This document shows, one piece after another, positions 28,398 to 37,858 of a DNA stretch of 64,000 nt. A program made the position numbers and the translations under genes. Each line of letters opens with the position of its first letter. The stretch's first letter is position 1. Below the pieces are notes generated by a model, which did not search any database, was not told the DNA's origin, and worked only from the letters and a program-made list of their open reading frames with translations. Source of the DNA: a virus; UHGV virus genome UHGV-1579991. One strand, given 5' to 3'.

Positions 28398-28883
28398 TCA
28401 TTTGTAGTGTTCAGTTATGTATGCAGAGCATAGCAAAACAACTGATACACAAATGACAATGTATGTTGGCGTAATCAGTGTCACATTGAATAACAATGCA
28501 GTCAATGCGCATACTGTTACTGATATGAGTGTTGAAATGAATGCAGCATATGCACTAAACTTGCTTTTTAACAAACGTTCGATGATATATGTTGTCGCAA
28601 CAGACAGTAAGACTACACATGCAAATAACAACAGCCAAGTTGAGTTTGACGTTGTCGGCTCTTCAATAAACTGCAATGTTGCTGATGGCACTTCAATATT
28701 GTTTGATGCTTGTAATGTGCCACTTGCAGCATCTGCGTACATCACAGTTAAGTAGTGTCGTTGAATTTCTGCTGCGTCTACTTTATAGATTCTATGCCAT
28801 GCAACATCTGATATGATGTATGTTGCAGCCATAAATGCAGCAATGCATAGCATATAAGAGCCAAACTTTGCAATCGGTTTCAT
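28398..28883 (-). CDS. Integral membrane protein (about 4 TM helices)
   Basis: Start at MKPIAKF (ATG 28883-28881); hydrophobic stretches throughout. Confidence 0.45.
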   Translation of the reverse strand: MKPIAKFGSYMLCIAAFMAATYIISDVAWHRIYKVDAAEIQRHYLTVMYADAASGTLQASNNIEVPSATLQFIEEPTTSNSTWLLLFACVVLLSVATTYIIERLLKSKFSAYAAFISTLISVTVCALTALLFNVTLITPTYIVICVSVVLLCSAYITEHYK

Positions 28884-29260
28884 GCAAATATATTTTTGTT
28901 TGTATATGTACATAAAAGAGCAAGTTCTCCACATTGAGAACTTGCTCAGCTGACCTGTTACCAGGTGAAAGCGTGGTGCAGCACCTTGTGCTGCAATGGC
29001 TATGCTGCCATCGCCATAACGGGCTGAGCATTGCCCAGCATCATTACACGACCAGCTGCATTAAGCGTACGCTTTGCTTTGTTGAAAAATTTGCCAGTTA
29101 TCTGGTATCTGCACATCTATTCAAGCGACCTACTATGCAATCAAATGCCTGTCGAGCCCAATGTTTGAGCAGTTGTTTGTCAGATGCTCAGCTGACTGCA
29201 GTCTTTCTGAGTGTATCAAGTTCAGCGATTCTGCATCTTTGCTAAATGGCAATGGTTCAG

Positions 29261-29341
29261 GTGGACTCGCCGAGAATCGAACTCGGGTCTTACATAGCGC
29301 ATCCTTGACTTGGTCCTGTAAACAGGGTTGTCAACATGCAT
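29261..29341 (-). other. tRNA-like element: clean T-arm and 3' acceptor strand, no matching 5' acceptor strand found
   Basis: Minus-strand ccgag-TTCGATT-ctcgg then cgagtcc-a; upstream sequence does not supply GGACTCG-type partner. Confidence 0.25.
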
Positions 29342-29412
29342 TGCAATACGACAGGACTCGAACCTGCGACCTCGGATTGGACGTCCGCGCTCTTACCGCT
29401 GAGCTACGTATT
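29342..29412 (-). tRNA. tRNA, isotype ambiguous (anticodon region reads CGTCCAAT: UCC/Gly with G33, or CCA/Trp with poor stem)
   Basis: Acceptor GAATACG/CGTATTG (1:72 mismatch), D-arm GCTC-AGCGGTAA-GAGC, T-arm GCAGG-TTCGAGT-CCTGT. Confidence 0.55.
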
Positions 29413-29506
29413 CTTATCAATTGACTGCACTGCAATGCAATCAATCGTGCCAATGATATTTGACACGCATAATTGCAGTTATGCGTAACAATTCAAATGT
29501 CATTTG

Positions 29507-29579
29507 AGCCAACTGCAGGAATCGAACCTGTAACCTGCTGAGTACAAATCAGCTGCTCTACCAATTGAGCTAAGTTGGC
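29507..29579 (-). tRNA. tRNA-Thr (anticodon TGT)
   Basis: Acceptor GCCAACT/AGTTGGC, D-arm GCTC-AATTGGTA-GAGC, anticodon stem GCTGA/TCAGC, loop TTTGTAC, T-loop TTCGATT. Confidence 0.75.
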
Positions 29580-29661
29580 ATAAAGTCGTTGGGCCATTGC
29601 AACCCAAACCTATCATCTTTGCCTAACCAAAGATGCAAGCGCTCTCTTACACCACGACTTG

Positions 29662-29733
29662 TAGCCGAACTTGGAGTCGAACCAAGCTTTCGAGAATGAA
29701 AATCTCGCGTCCTAACCGATAGACGAAACGGCC
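29662..29733 (-). tRNA. tRNA-Glu-like (anticodon TTC), acceptor stem irregular
   Basis: Anticodon stem CGAGA/TCTCG, loop TTTTCAT, T-arm CTTGG-TTCGACT-CCAAG; acceptor GGCCGTT vs TTCGGCT has mismatches at 6:67 and 7:66. Confidence 0.5.
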
Positions 29734-29916
29734 AAGAGCAGTTCAAGTCTGCAGCATTGAACTGCGGAAACAATGCCTGTACGGGCAACCAATTGTGCAG
29801 ATACAGCGACATTGCAAAATCACACCGAACCAAGTTTGTGGCTCTTCTGTCTCATAAAAACAAGTAATCATTACACTTGGCACCAATGATTTTGATGTAA
29901 AAATCGGTGTGTTACG

Positions 29917-30001
29917 CGGAGAGTAAGGGATTCGAACCCCTGGTACGTTGCCGTACAGTGGTTTTCAAGACCACCGCCATCGACCGCTCGGCCAACTCTC
30001 C
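29917..30001 (-). tRNA. tRNA-Ser (anticodon TGA), long variable arm
   Basis: Acceptor GGAGAGT/ACTCTCC, anticodon stem GTGGT/ACCAC, loop CTTGAAA, variable arm GTACG-GCAA-CGTAC, T-loop TTCGAAT. Confidence 0.75.
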
Positions 30002-30194
30002 ATAAAACATTGCATAAGCATTCTTATCTCTTGATGAGGCCAAGTAGCTAATTTGGCAAGTTTGTTATATCTATCGTGACTGTTGCAGTTTGTTGTCACT
30101 CAATACACAAAACTTTCGAACATTCATTGACAACACTGCAATATCGCTTTTTAAGCTCAGCCATCAATGTATTTATGCAATGTATAACAATTCG

Positions 30195-30276
30195 TAGCCA
30201 AACCGGGACTTGAACCCAGACTCCTAATGGAACAACATTTTGAGTGTTGCGTGTCTACCAATTCCACCATTTGGCC
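30195..30276 (-). tRNA. tRNA-Leu (anticodon CAA), long variable arm
   Basis: Acceptor GGCCAAA/TTTGGCT, anticodon stem CAACA/TGTTG, loop CTCAAAA, T-loop TTCAAGT. Confidence 0.7.
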
Positions 30277-30373
30277 ATTTGCAAATGCAAGCTGTTTCAC
30301 AACTGTTTGCATTTGCATTTGCATTGTTTAACACACTAAAATATGATTCATCTAATCAAAAACCAGAGAATTG

Positions 30374-30446
30374 TCGAGAATGTGCGATTTGAACGCCAAT
30401 TATACGTCCCAAACGTATCGTGTTACCGGATTACACTACATTCTCG
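30374..30446 (-). tRNA. tRNA-Pro (anticodon TGG)
   Basis: Acceptor CGAGAAT/ATTCTCG, anticodon stem ATACG/CGTAT, loop TTTGGGA, T-loop TTCAAAT (T-stem imperfect). Confidence 0.65.
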
Positions 30447-30453
30447 TTAATTG

Positions 30454-30524
30454 TTGAACTGTCTGGACTCGAACCAGAAATATATCATCCAAAGTGATAT
30501 GTGTTACCATTACACCACAGCTCA
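30454..30524 (-). tRNA. tRNA-Gln (anticodon TTG)
   Basis: Acceptor TGAGCTG/CAGTTCA, D-stem GTGT/ACAC, anticodon stem TATCA/TGATA, loop CTTTGGA, T-arm TCTGG-TTCGAGT-CCAGA. Confidence 0.75.
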
Positions 30525-30568
30525 GTATATAATGTATGCTTGTGTTATTATGTATATTTGTTAGTAAT

Positions 30569-30607
30569 TATATGAATAATATACTACATTTATTTATGAT
30601 TTGCACC
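30569..30607 (-). promoter_or_regulatory. Promoter-like conserved motif upstream of tRNA cluster
   Basis: Minus-strand GGTGCAAATCATAAATAAATGTAGTATATTATTCATATA. Confidence 0.5.
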
Positions 30608-30629
30608 ATATACTGCAACTTTGTATCAC

Positions 30630-30992
30630 TTAATTGCACAATGTGACTCTGTCTTTAAGTTTATGCATGTGTAGCACGTTTGCAATATCTACTGGCAACT
30701 TATATGACCCATCAGATATTGCAAATGCTGCAAGTTGCATAATCAAATCTGCATTGTCTGTAAGAACTTCTGCAAATTTACTGGCATCACAACATGCGTA
30801 ATACTTGCGAATTGTTGCTGCTTGCTTTTGTATGATGACACGCACATATACAGTTTGAGCAATGACTGCGCGTCGTAAATCAACTTTGACAATACACATA
30901 GTGTCATCGTCGTCTTTCACGACATGTCGCCATACGCCGTCATTGCAAATGCCATGCTGTGCTATAAGTGTTTTAGTGATATCAGACATCAT
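30630..30992 (-). CDS. Hypothetical protein, 120 aa
   Basis: ORF. Confidence 0.4.
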   Translation of the reverse strand: MMSDITKTLIAQHGICNDGVWRHVVKDDDDTMCIVKVDLRRAVIAQTVYVRVIIQKQAATIRKYYACCDASKFAEVLTDNADLIMQLAAFAISDGSYKLPVDIANVLHMHKLKDRVTLCN

Positions 30993-31037
30993 CTCTACTC
31001 AAATATAATTTTTTGATAATAAAATTCCATACAAATA

Positions 31038-31535
31038 TCATTCGATGTTACCAGATAATATCCGAATGGCATCCAATGCATTTTCTCGTATCAAGCCAAA
31101 CTTACCTATAACTTGAACAAAATGTTTGTCATTTTCAAATGTTGAGTCATCAAGAATGACATATTGTTTGATGTTATGTTTCTCAACAAGCGCAGGCACT
31201 GCAGCAAATCTGTCATGAAAGCCCTCAGCATAAATTGATGGCAACAAATAGCCTGGCATATTGCGCTTAAGCCACATTATCTTGCAGTCATCAAGAATAG
31301 CCCAACTGCTTATTAAGCATATTGCACCAACATCTGACATTTGACAAATGTATCTCAACCAGCCAACACAACGTTCATCGAACAATTGGCCAAACTCATC
31401 TTTTGACTGCACATCCATGTTTGCACGATGCTTTGACATGTGCAACATATTGAGATTATCTTGGCTATTCAGAACACCATCAATGTCCAAGAATATCACT
31501 TTGTCAGGCCAAATCACTTTGTTTGTTGTGTTCAT
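31038..31535 (-). CDS. HAD-superfamily hydrolase-like protein
   Basis: Motif I FLDIDGVL near N-terminus. Confidence 0.45.
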   Translation of the reverse strand: MNTTNKVIWPDKVIFLDIDGVLNSQDNLNMLHMSKHRANMDVQSKDEFGQLFDERCVGWLRYICQMSDVGAICLISSWAILDDCKIMWLKRNMPGYLLPSIYAEGFHDRFAAVPALVEKHNIKQYVILDDSTFENDKHFVQVIGKFGLIRENALDAIRILSGNIE

Positions 31536-32403
31536 GACGATGTTTTGTTATGTCTTCTACTGTTAGCTTGAGTTCAGGCCAAGTGTCAAACACTTTCTGC
31601 AGCTGCTCATCTGACTTGTTAAGAAGCTTCTTGTATATTGTGTGTATTGATTGATAATGAGCATCAAGAGCTTTGCCGATGTGCACAAACGGTATTTGCA
31701 AATGCACAATGCAATGCAGTATGAATGCTTGTTTACGAAGTCTTTGAACACCGCCATCCAAACGCCAAATTTGTAGTACACCTGCATTCAGTGCATCTTC
31801 ATACAATGACTGTACAACTTGTATGTTATGTTCTGCTGTAGCACGTTTGTTATCGCGCTTTGCTGCTGCAAGCGACCTACGTGAATCTGGCATTGCTCTT
31901 GTGTGCTTAGTAGTCTGTACTGTGACATCATTGATATGACTATGAATGTTCTCAACATCAATGAATTCAGTACGATGTTCTTTTGCTGCAGTTTTTCGTC
32001 TGCCAAGTATATGTTTATCATACACTTGTTCTTGCAGTCGTTCAGACAACTCTGCTTGCAAATCTGCAACTTGTTTGCGTAATACAACATTCTGCGCAGA
32101 TTGCTGTGCTGCAATATCTGCAACAGACATAATGTCAAAGACTGTGTTGAGCTGCAGCCATACATTATATGCGCATTCTACAATATGACGTTTGGCTGCA
32201 TCAATTGTGGCAAATTGCTCACGAGTCTTAAATGCATCAAGCATTGTGCTTATGACATACACATGCTCACGTTGAATTATGGTGACATTGATGCTGCCAA
32301 TGGTTGCAGTCCATTGCATTGGTGCAGATAACTGCACATTGACAGATGCATCGATAGACTTGCGCAATGAATCAAACATGGTTGCTTGGGGGTGGGTGGT
32401 CAT
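31504..32403 (-). CDS. Hypothetical protein, 299 aa
   Basis: ORF. Confidence 0.45.
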   Translation of the reverse strand: MTTHPQATMFDSLRKSIDASVNVQLSAPMQWTATIGSINVTIIQREHVYVISTMLDAFKTREQFATIDAAKRHIVECAYNVWLQLNTVFDIMSVADIAAQQSAQNVVLRKQVADLQAELSERLQEQVYDKHILGRRKTAAKEHRTEFIDVENIHSHINDVTVQTTKHTRAMPDSRRSLAAAKRDNKRATAEHNIQVVQSLYEDALNAGVLQIWRLDGGVQRLRKQAFILHCIVHLQIPFVHIGKALDAHYQSIHTIYKKLLNKSDEQLQKVFDTWPELKLTVEDITKHRHEHNKQSDLA

Positions 32404-32912
32404 TATAACATTACGAGTTGTTGACGTGCCTGCATCTGTTCAATGCAATCATCGCCTATTATGCACAAATACTGAGGCAGCTTATCAAGTGAAATGAGCG
32501 TGCAAATGTATGGGTCAAAGAACTTATTTGTTGATGCAAGCAAATCGTAAAATAGACATGCTTGTTCTGCGTCAAGTCGAGTAACAACAAGTCTATTGTA
32601 TCCAGGCGCATCAAACCCGCATTTGAGCAAATGTCTACCGACATGTATGTCATTGCCCATTGTCAATGTGGCTGCAAGCATGCTGTCGCATTCTACTGCA
32701 GGTTCTGAGTAATGCCAGTTAATTGATGCATATGCAGTTAGCACATACATGCCAGCAGTCACATCCCATTCAGACTCTGCAATAATTGCCCATGTGCGCT
32801 TGCCATTATGTTCAATTTCGACAAAGTCACCTCTTGTGAATGAATCTACAAGCTTTGCAGTTATCAGATATTGCAGTTGTTCTGTGCTATTGTATTTGAT
32901 GCAAGTTTTCAT
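32403..32912 (-). CDS. Hypothetical protein, 169 aa
   Basis: ORF. Confidence 0.45.
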   Translation of the reverse strand: MKTCIKYNSTEQLQYLITAKLVDSFTRGDFVEIEHNGKRTWAIIAESEWDVTAGMYVLTAYASINWHYSEPAVECDSMLAATLTMGNDIHVGRHLLKCGFDAPGYNRLVVTRLDAEQACLFYDLLASTNKFFDPYICTLISLDKLPQYLCIIGDDCIEQMQARQQLVML

Positions 32913-33207
32913 AATCTGTCAATATAAAACATCTAACAAGTTTTGAAACAAGTCGTCTATGACCCGTCTCAACTCGTATCATATGCTTGGTGAATAGTGG
33001 ACCTGCTGCTGTAACACAATGTCTGTCAAGGGCATTTAGTACTTTGTTCATTGCAATCAATGGGTGCAAATGACTATTCGGCCAGCATTCTTCTGCAATG
33101 TCTGTCAGAATGTCATCACCATATGACACAACTGAACATTTGTCTGCAATAAGATGCTTCTTAGCAATCTCTGCAACTTTTTGTGTAGAACAACGCATAA
33201 CAATCAA
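32887..33207 (-). CDS. Hypothetical protein, 106 aa
   Basis: ORF. Confidence 0.35.
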   Translation of the reverse strand: MIVMRCSTQKVAEIAKKHLIADKCSVVSYGDDILTDIAEECWPNSHLHPLIAMNKVLNALDRHCVTAAGPLFTKHMIRVETGHRRLVSKLVRCFILTDYENLHQIQ

Positions 33208-35198
33208 TCATCTGCAGCGTCACCATCGAAGCCCATGAGCACTTTGCGTACATGCGCATTGCCGCCGAGCCATGCATTGATTGCATCCCATGAGTCTTCT
33301 TTAGCGACTACTTGTTCGAGTACAGGTGCAGACATAATGTCTTCAAACTCTGTAGAAGTCAATGATGCAAGACCCTTCTTATGATTAACTTCCCAATCTT
33401 TGCTGCCATTGAATTTGTCTGCGACTTTATTGTAGTCATCATAGAAGTAGAACTTTCGTTCTTCACCAGTTTTGCGATTGTTGCAGATGATGATTGGCGT
33501 GACTACATTATACACAAGACCCATGTCAAACAACTCAGGCCAGAACTTGTAGAAGAACAGCTGCAGCAATGATGAAATGCTGTAGCCATCAACATCTGCA
33601 TCAGTCAAAATGCAAATCTTGCCATAGCGTAATTTGCGTGGGTCTGCTTTTTCATTGAATCGCAAACCAAGTGACTGCATCAAACCTGCAATTTCAGGCT
33701 TTTCTATGAGTTTCTTTGGATTGTCATAGTAGCAATTGCCAATTGACTTACCACGAATACAGTAGAAGCCTTGGGTCAATGCATTTCGATTGACTCGAAT
33801 ACCTTGTGATGCAGAATCACCTTCTACAATGAACAACATGCATTCATTACGATTTGTCTTTTGTGCAGCATCTACAAGCTTATTGACATGAAACTGCTTT
33901 GTCTTGACTTCAAGTTTCTTATTGAGCTCCTTGGCTTCTTTGGCTTTCTCTTTCTCTTCTTCAATCTGTTTCTTGATTTTGCAGTCCATCAAGATGCGGT
34001 CAAGAATTTCAGTTTTTGTCAAGTACTTCTTGAGCTTATCTGAAATGAGAATTGGGAAGCCGAACTTTTGCGTCTTTGTAGCCAATTTGTCTTTGACCTG
34101 CGCATCGAATTCAGGATTAGGAATTTTCCACATTGACAAGATTGACATGTGCTTGAACACGTCTTTCTTTGCGGGTTCAAATCCATATTTGTTTTTGATG
34201 TGGTCAATCAAAAAGTCTGCGCATACATTCGCGATGAAGTCCATATGCGTGCCATAGTCACATCGAATTGAATTGACTATTGCAAAGCTTTCAAAGAAGC
34301 CTGCTCTACTTGGGCCAATCTCGAAACTATAGTTCTCGTTTTCATCACCACGAAATTCTTTGGTGTGTTCCCACAAGTCTTTGTACTCCCAAAAGTGCTT
34401 GAACTTGAATTCATAGTTTTCGCCAGTAGCTTCATTGTGCCATTCAACTACAAGTGGATTGTTTACATCGCAGCCCATAACTGCGACTTCGATTGCTCGT
34501 GACAGCCACTTGTCTACAGTGTCATCTGGAATGTGGTCAAGCGGAGCTGCGTTAATCCACTCCCATCTGCCAAGGTCAAGATGAGCTTCGATGTATGTAA
34601 AATGTTCAGACTTACGGCATTTGCTGACTTTTGCCTCATCATGTCGCCCCATGTTGTCATACCAGCAAATTTCAAGTTTTTTGCCATCTTTTGCTGTAAT
34701 GACTTTGAATGACTTAGACATCACATTGACAAGTGACGCGCCAAGACCATTTGTGCCAGACAATGCGCCGCGGTCAGCAACAAAATTTGAACCAGACCTC
34801 AATGAGCCAAATACCATCTGCGGTATGTACTCATTGTACTCTGGATGCATCACTACAGGAATGCCACCGTTGTCCCATACTGCAAGCTTGCCTGTTTTTG
34901 GGTTGACTGTGACTGATATGCGATTGACGATGCTACTGTCATGTCGTTGTATGCTACGTTCATGTTCATCAAATGAGTTTGAAATTAACTCATTAAACAT
35001 AGTATTCAATGCAAGTGATTGATATGTTGTATAAACACGTCGAATTGGTCTTTCAGCGTCCTCATATGGACGATACAGCTCACATTCTTGTTCTGCAAGA
35101 AATTCAAGCGACCCTATGTACATACCAGGCTTCAGTAGACAATGTTCGCGCGTTGAAAGTTTTTTGAACTTTTCTGTCAGATTGTTTATGTCAGACAT
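33204..35198 (-). CDS. DNA topoisomerase II large subunit (GHKL ATPase + TOPRIM; GyrB-like, T4 gp39-like)
   Basis: Start at MSDINNLTEKF (ATG 35198-35196); LLKPGMYIGS, TOPRIM EGDSA in IVEGDSASQG, and a ParE/GyrB-like Gly-rich segment. Confidence 0.85.
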   Translation of the reverse strand: MSDINNLTEKFKKLSTREHCLLKPGMYIGSLEFLAEQECELYRPYEDAERPIRRVYTTYQSLALNTMFNELISNSFDEHERSIQRHDSSIVNRISVTVNPKTGKLAVWDNGGIPVVMHPEYNEYIPQMVFGSLRSGSNFVADRGALSGTNGLGASLVNVMSKSFKVITAKDGKKLEICWYDNMGRHDEAKVSKCRKSEHFTYIEAHLDLGRWEWINAAPLDHIPDDTVDKWLSRAIEVAVMGCDVNNPLVVEWHNEATGENYEFKFKHFWEYKDLWEHTKEFRGDENENYSFEIGPSRAGFFESFAIVNSIRCDYGTHMDFIANVCADFLIDHIKNKYGFEPAKKDVFKHMSILSMWKIPNPEFDAQVKDKLATKTQKFGFPILISDKLKKYLTKTEILDRILMDCKIKKQIEEEKEKAKEAKELNKKLEVKTKQFHVNKLVDAAQKTNRNECMLFIVEGDSASQGIRVNRNALTQGFYCIRGKSIGNCYYDNPKKLIEKPEIAGLMQSLGLRFNEKADPRKLRYGKICILTDADVDGYSISSLLQLFFYKFWPELFDMGLVYNVVTPIIICNNRKTGEERKFYFYDDYNKVADKFNGSKDWEVNHKKGLASLTSTEFEDIMSAPVLEQVVAKEDSWDAINAWLGGNAHVRKVLMGFDGDAADD

Positions 35199-35225
35199 GT
35201 CTGTAAATTGAGATGTTTGTATATG

Positions 35226-35259
35226 TATATTGTACAACAAGAATGCAAAACTTGCACTG
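35226..35259 (-). promoter_or_regulatory. Promoter-like conserved motif containing TTGTACAA
   Basis: Minus-strand CAGTGCAAGTTTTGCATTCTTGTTGTACAATATAC. Confidence 0.5.
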
Positions 35260-35385
35260 AAAATATACACATTTTCACATAGCTGCAAGCATAATGCCAA
35301 GCACTACTGCAAGACATATCAAACCTATGCCAAGAACAATAAAGTCCAGCATAGAATAAGTGTCATTAGACTGTTTCATAAGTAA

Positions 35386-36312
35386 TTATCGCAATTGATT
35401 CTTTGCAATGAATGCATTGATGTGCTCTGGCTTGCATACAGCACGATAGTAGAGTTCAAATACTCGTTTAGCAGATGGCAATTTGCATGCAGTCAAATCT
35501 TTATCTTGCATTACAACACCAGTAATGTACTTAATGTCATGCAGCTCAATGTCTGAACAATGATGCTTTGCTGCAAACTCAAATGCTTGCTTAACAATTT
35601 TTGAGCATTCTGCTGTAGTACATTGCTGAAATGCTGCACAAAACTCTGCATAAGTGCTGCAGTCATTTTGCAGATGTAATGCAACAGATGATTTCAACAT
35701 TGCTTCTGTTAAGTACTTTGGCAGCTTGCACAAAATTTTGACGTACTTGCACTTGTCATCTGTCACATGCACGTAGCCAGACACTGCAAGCATTCTAACA
35801 TATCGAACAAGTTCTCTATGCTGTAGTGCTGTGCGCAGTATGACATTGTTTTGCAGCAAAATCTCATTGTCAACTGTGCAGTTAAGTGGCAATGTGTTGT
35901 ATGCTACTTTAAGATACGATAGCTTCGTTAATTGTTGTAAGCCATCATAGCCAACAAAATCTGCTGGCACAATCAGTGGCAGACTGCAAACGACTTGTCG
36001 ATTATTTCTGTCAACAATTGTGATTGCTGGGTTTTGCAAGTCAAGCACAGATTTTGAACAAAACACTTGCATTGTGTCTTGAACTGTAACAAATCCGAAG
36101 TTCTTGCACAATTGCATATTGCATGTACGAGCTTCTGCTGCGCTAATTGTTGCAATGGGCAACTGTTTGTCGCTACACACATGCATCGGAGTTGGCCATA
36201 TTGGGTCAGCTCTCAATACAAGCACATGTTTGTTGCAGTCATATATTGCAGCAAAATCTGCAAGATTGCTGATGTATCTTAAAGTAGTGTTACAAATCCC
36301 ATTCATATGCAT
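35386..36312 (-). CDS. Hypothetical protein (start approximate)
   Basis: ORF 35386-36504; internal Met chosen to limit overlap with upstream gene. Confidence 0.4.
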   Translation of the reverse strand: MHMNGICNTTLRYISNLADFAAIYDCNKHVLVLRADPIWPTPMHVCSDKQLPIATISAAEARTCNMQLCKNFGFVTVQDTMQVFCSKSVLDLQNPAITIVDRNNRQVVCSLPLIVPADFVGYDGLQQLTKLSYLKVAYNTLPLNCTVDNEILLQNNVILRTALQHRELVRYVRMLAVSGYVHVTDDKCKYVKILCKLPKYLTEAMLKSSVALHLQNDCSTYAEFCAAFQQCTTAECSKIVKQAFEFAAKHHCSDIELHDIKYITGVVMQDKDLTACKLPSAKRVFELYYRAVCKPEHINAFIAKNQLR

Positions 36313-37123
36313 TGTCTTGTACAGGTCCGCTAATTTGAACATCGAGGCCAAAGCGCTCAAGATAGCCATCGCAGAAATCAAGCCCATATTTGTTGCACTG
36401 TCTGAATGCATACTGGAACTTATCCAAGATTGCCCATAGATAAGGCTTCGAGCCCTCGGTGGGATATCCACCCTTTCTGTAATGCCACCAGCGCATGATA
36501 TCATGAAACTCCCAATCTTCTGCTTCGCATTCTACTGTAAAGCAGTCATGATATTTTGTCATCTGAGGCCAGAGCTCAGTGTTGATGCGCTGACGAGTTG
36601 CTGCACAGTCATCAAGCAACTCAAGAAACTCTTCAGGCGCATCAATCATGGGCAGATTTGCTTCATTGACATCGATTTCTGCATCATTCGACAGCAGCTT
36701 TGTGATACGACCATTGTGCTCTGCAATGTCTTCATAGACTTTTTTGCGCGTAGCATCCATAGTCGCAGTCCACTTCGTGCCCTCTTCAATTTTCGGAAGT
36801 TGCTTGTCTTTGTTTTCATTCCATTCAGGTGACTGGTCGAATATTGCCTTGCGACGAATATCGACAAGCTCCAAAAAGAAGGGCTTCGTCAACATAACAG
36901 TATCACCCAGAATTTCTTTTGCTTGTTCAAAGCCCTCAATTTTGATTGAGTCTGCTGCAGCACAAATCTGCTCCTGAATTTTGTCTGCAGCTTCAAGAAT
37001 GATGCGAGCTTTTGTTTTGATGTCGTAAGATGCAGAATGTAAGCCAAGCTGCTCTGCAATTTCTACGGAATTTTGAAGACGAGCCTGCATGGCTTCTTCA
37101 TTGTTCTTCTTTCCTCGTGCCAT
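36290..37123 (-). CDS. Hypothetical protein, 277 aa
   Basis: ORF. Confidence 0.5.
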   Translation of the reverse strand: MARGKKNNEEAMQARLQNSVEIAEQLGLHSASYDIKTKARIILEAADKIQEQICAAADSIKIEGFEQAKEILGDTVMLTKPFFLELVDIRRKAIFDQSPEWNENKDKQLPKIEEGTKWTATMDATRKKVYEDIAEHNGRITKLLSNDAEIDVNEANLPMIDAPEEFLELLDDCAATRQRINTELWPQMTKYHDCFTVECEAEDWEFHDIMRWWHYRKGGYPTEGSKPYLWAILDKFQYAFRQCNKYGLDFCDGYLERFGLDVQISGPVQDNAYEWDL

Positions 37124-37138
37124 AATGTTATTGTTTTG

Positions 37139-37387
37139 CTATATGAGACTTGTTATGACTTCAAGCACATGTTCTTTTGAATAGCACTTATCAAACTTAT
37201 GCTTGAAGTCAATTAGTGACTCAAGCTTTGTTAAGTACCATTGATTGTCATACTTGAACCAGACTCGAGCATTTGCCGAACATATTGCATGCATTGCAGC
37301 ATTCTGGTCTTCTTCAGGATTACGCCACATAGACCCAAAGTGATATTGCAATGTAATGCCGCATTTATGAATTTCGTGCAATTTCAT
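37139..37387 (-). CDS. Hypothetical protein, 82 aa
   Basis: ORF. Confidence 0.35.
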   Translation of the reverse strand: MKLHEIHKCGITLQYHFGSMWRNPEEDQNAAMHAICSANARVWFKYDNQWYLTKLESLIDFKHKFDKCYSKEHVLEVITSLI

Positions 37388-37396
37388 GTGTACTTG

Positions 37397-37651
37397 CTAA
37401 AATGTTAACTGTAATGACTTGATATTGACGCATTCAATTTTTAACATGACAAGCTTATCATGTGCAGCCATTGCGTCATATTTGATGTTTGCAATTTCGA
37501 GCTTTTGTGCAATTTTGTATGCAGTGGCGCCATCAGTAGATATGCAGATGCAATTGCCAATGACAATATTTGCTGCATCTGTTATATTAACTTTGCATGC
37601 ATTATCATTGTTATCAATGACTTCTATGCATTTGATTGAGTTAAAGTCCAT
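37397..37651 (-). CDS. Hypothetical protein, 84 aa
   Basis: ORF preceded by promoter motif. Confidence 0.4.
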   Translation of the reverse strand: MDFNSIKCIEVIDNNDNACKVNITDAANIVIGNCICISTDGATAYKIAQKLEIANIKYDAMAAHDKLVMLKIECVNIKSLQLTF

Positions 37652-37680
37652 ATTGCAGAGGTTTAGTATATTTGACAGTA

Positions 37681-37725
37681 TATTATTTATAGATATATAA
37701 TACTACATACTTGCAGATTTTGCAC
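37681..37725 (-). promoter_or_regulatory. Promoter-like conserved motif
   Basis: Minus-strand AAGTGCAAAATCTGCAAGTATGTAGTATTATATATCTATAAATAATA. Confidence 0.55.
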
Positions 37726-37858
37726 TTAGTTGATAAATAATTTATAAACATTTTCACAAACTTTTAACAGCTCTTTCGCTTATGAAAACTACTCAACTCT
37801 GGTTTGAACGCCAGCAGTCAATCGCGGGGGGGCTCTTCGTGCTCCTGATTACATAGAT

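Noticed and set aside
29258-29345. Reading the first tRNA-like element as a plus-strand tRNA
   Set aside because: The plus strand shows only the reverse complement of a T-loop (GAATCGAAC); no TTCGA-type T-loop in plus orientation
29590-29660. Possible additional tRNA between tRNA-Thr and tRNA-Glu
   Set aside because: Sequence forms an 8-bp stem hairpin (catctttg/caaagatg) but lacks D-arm and T-loop features; more likely a processing or terminator hairpin
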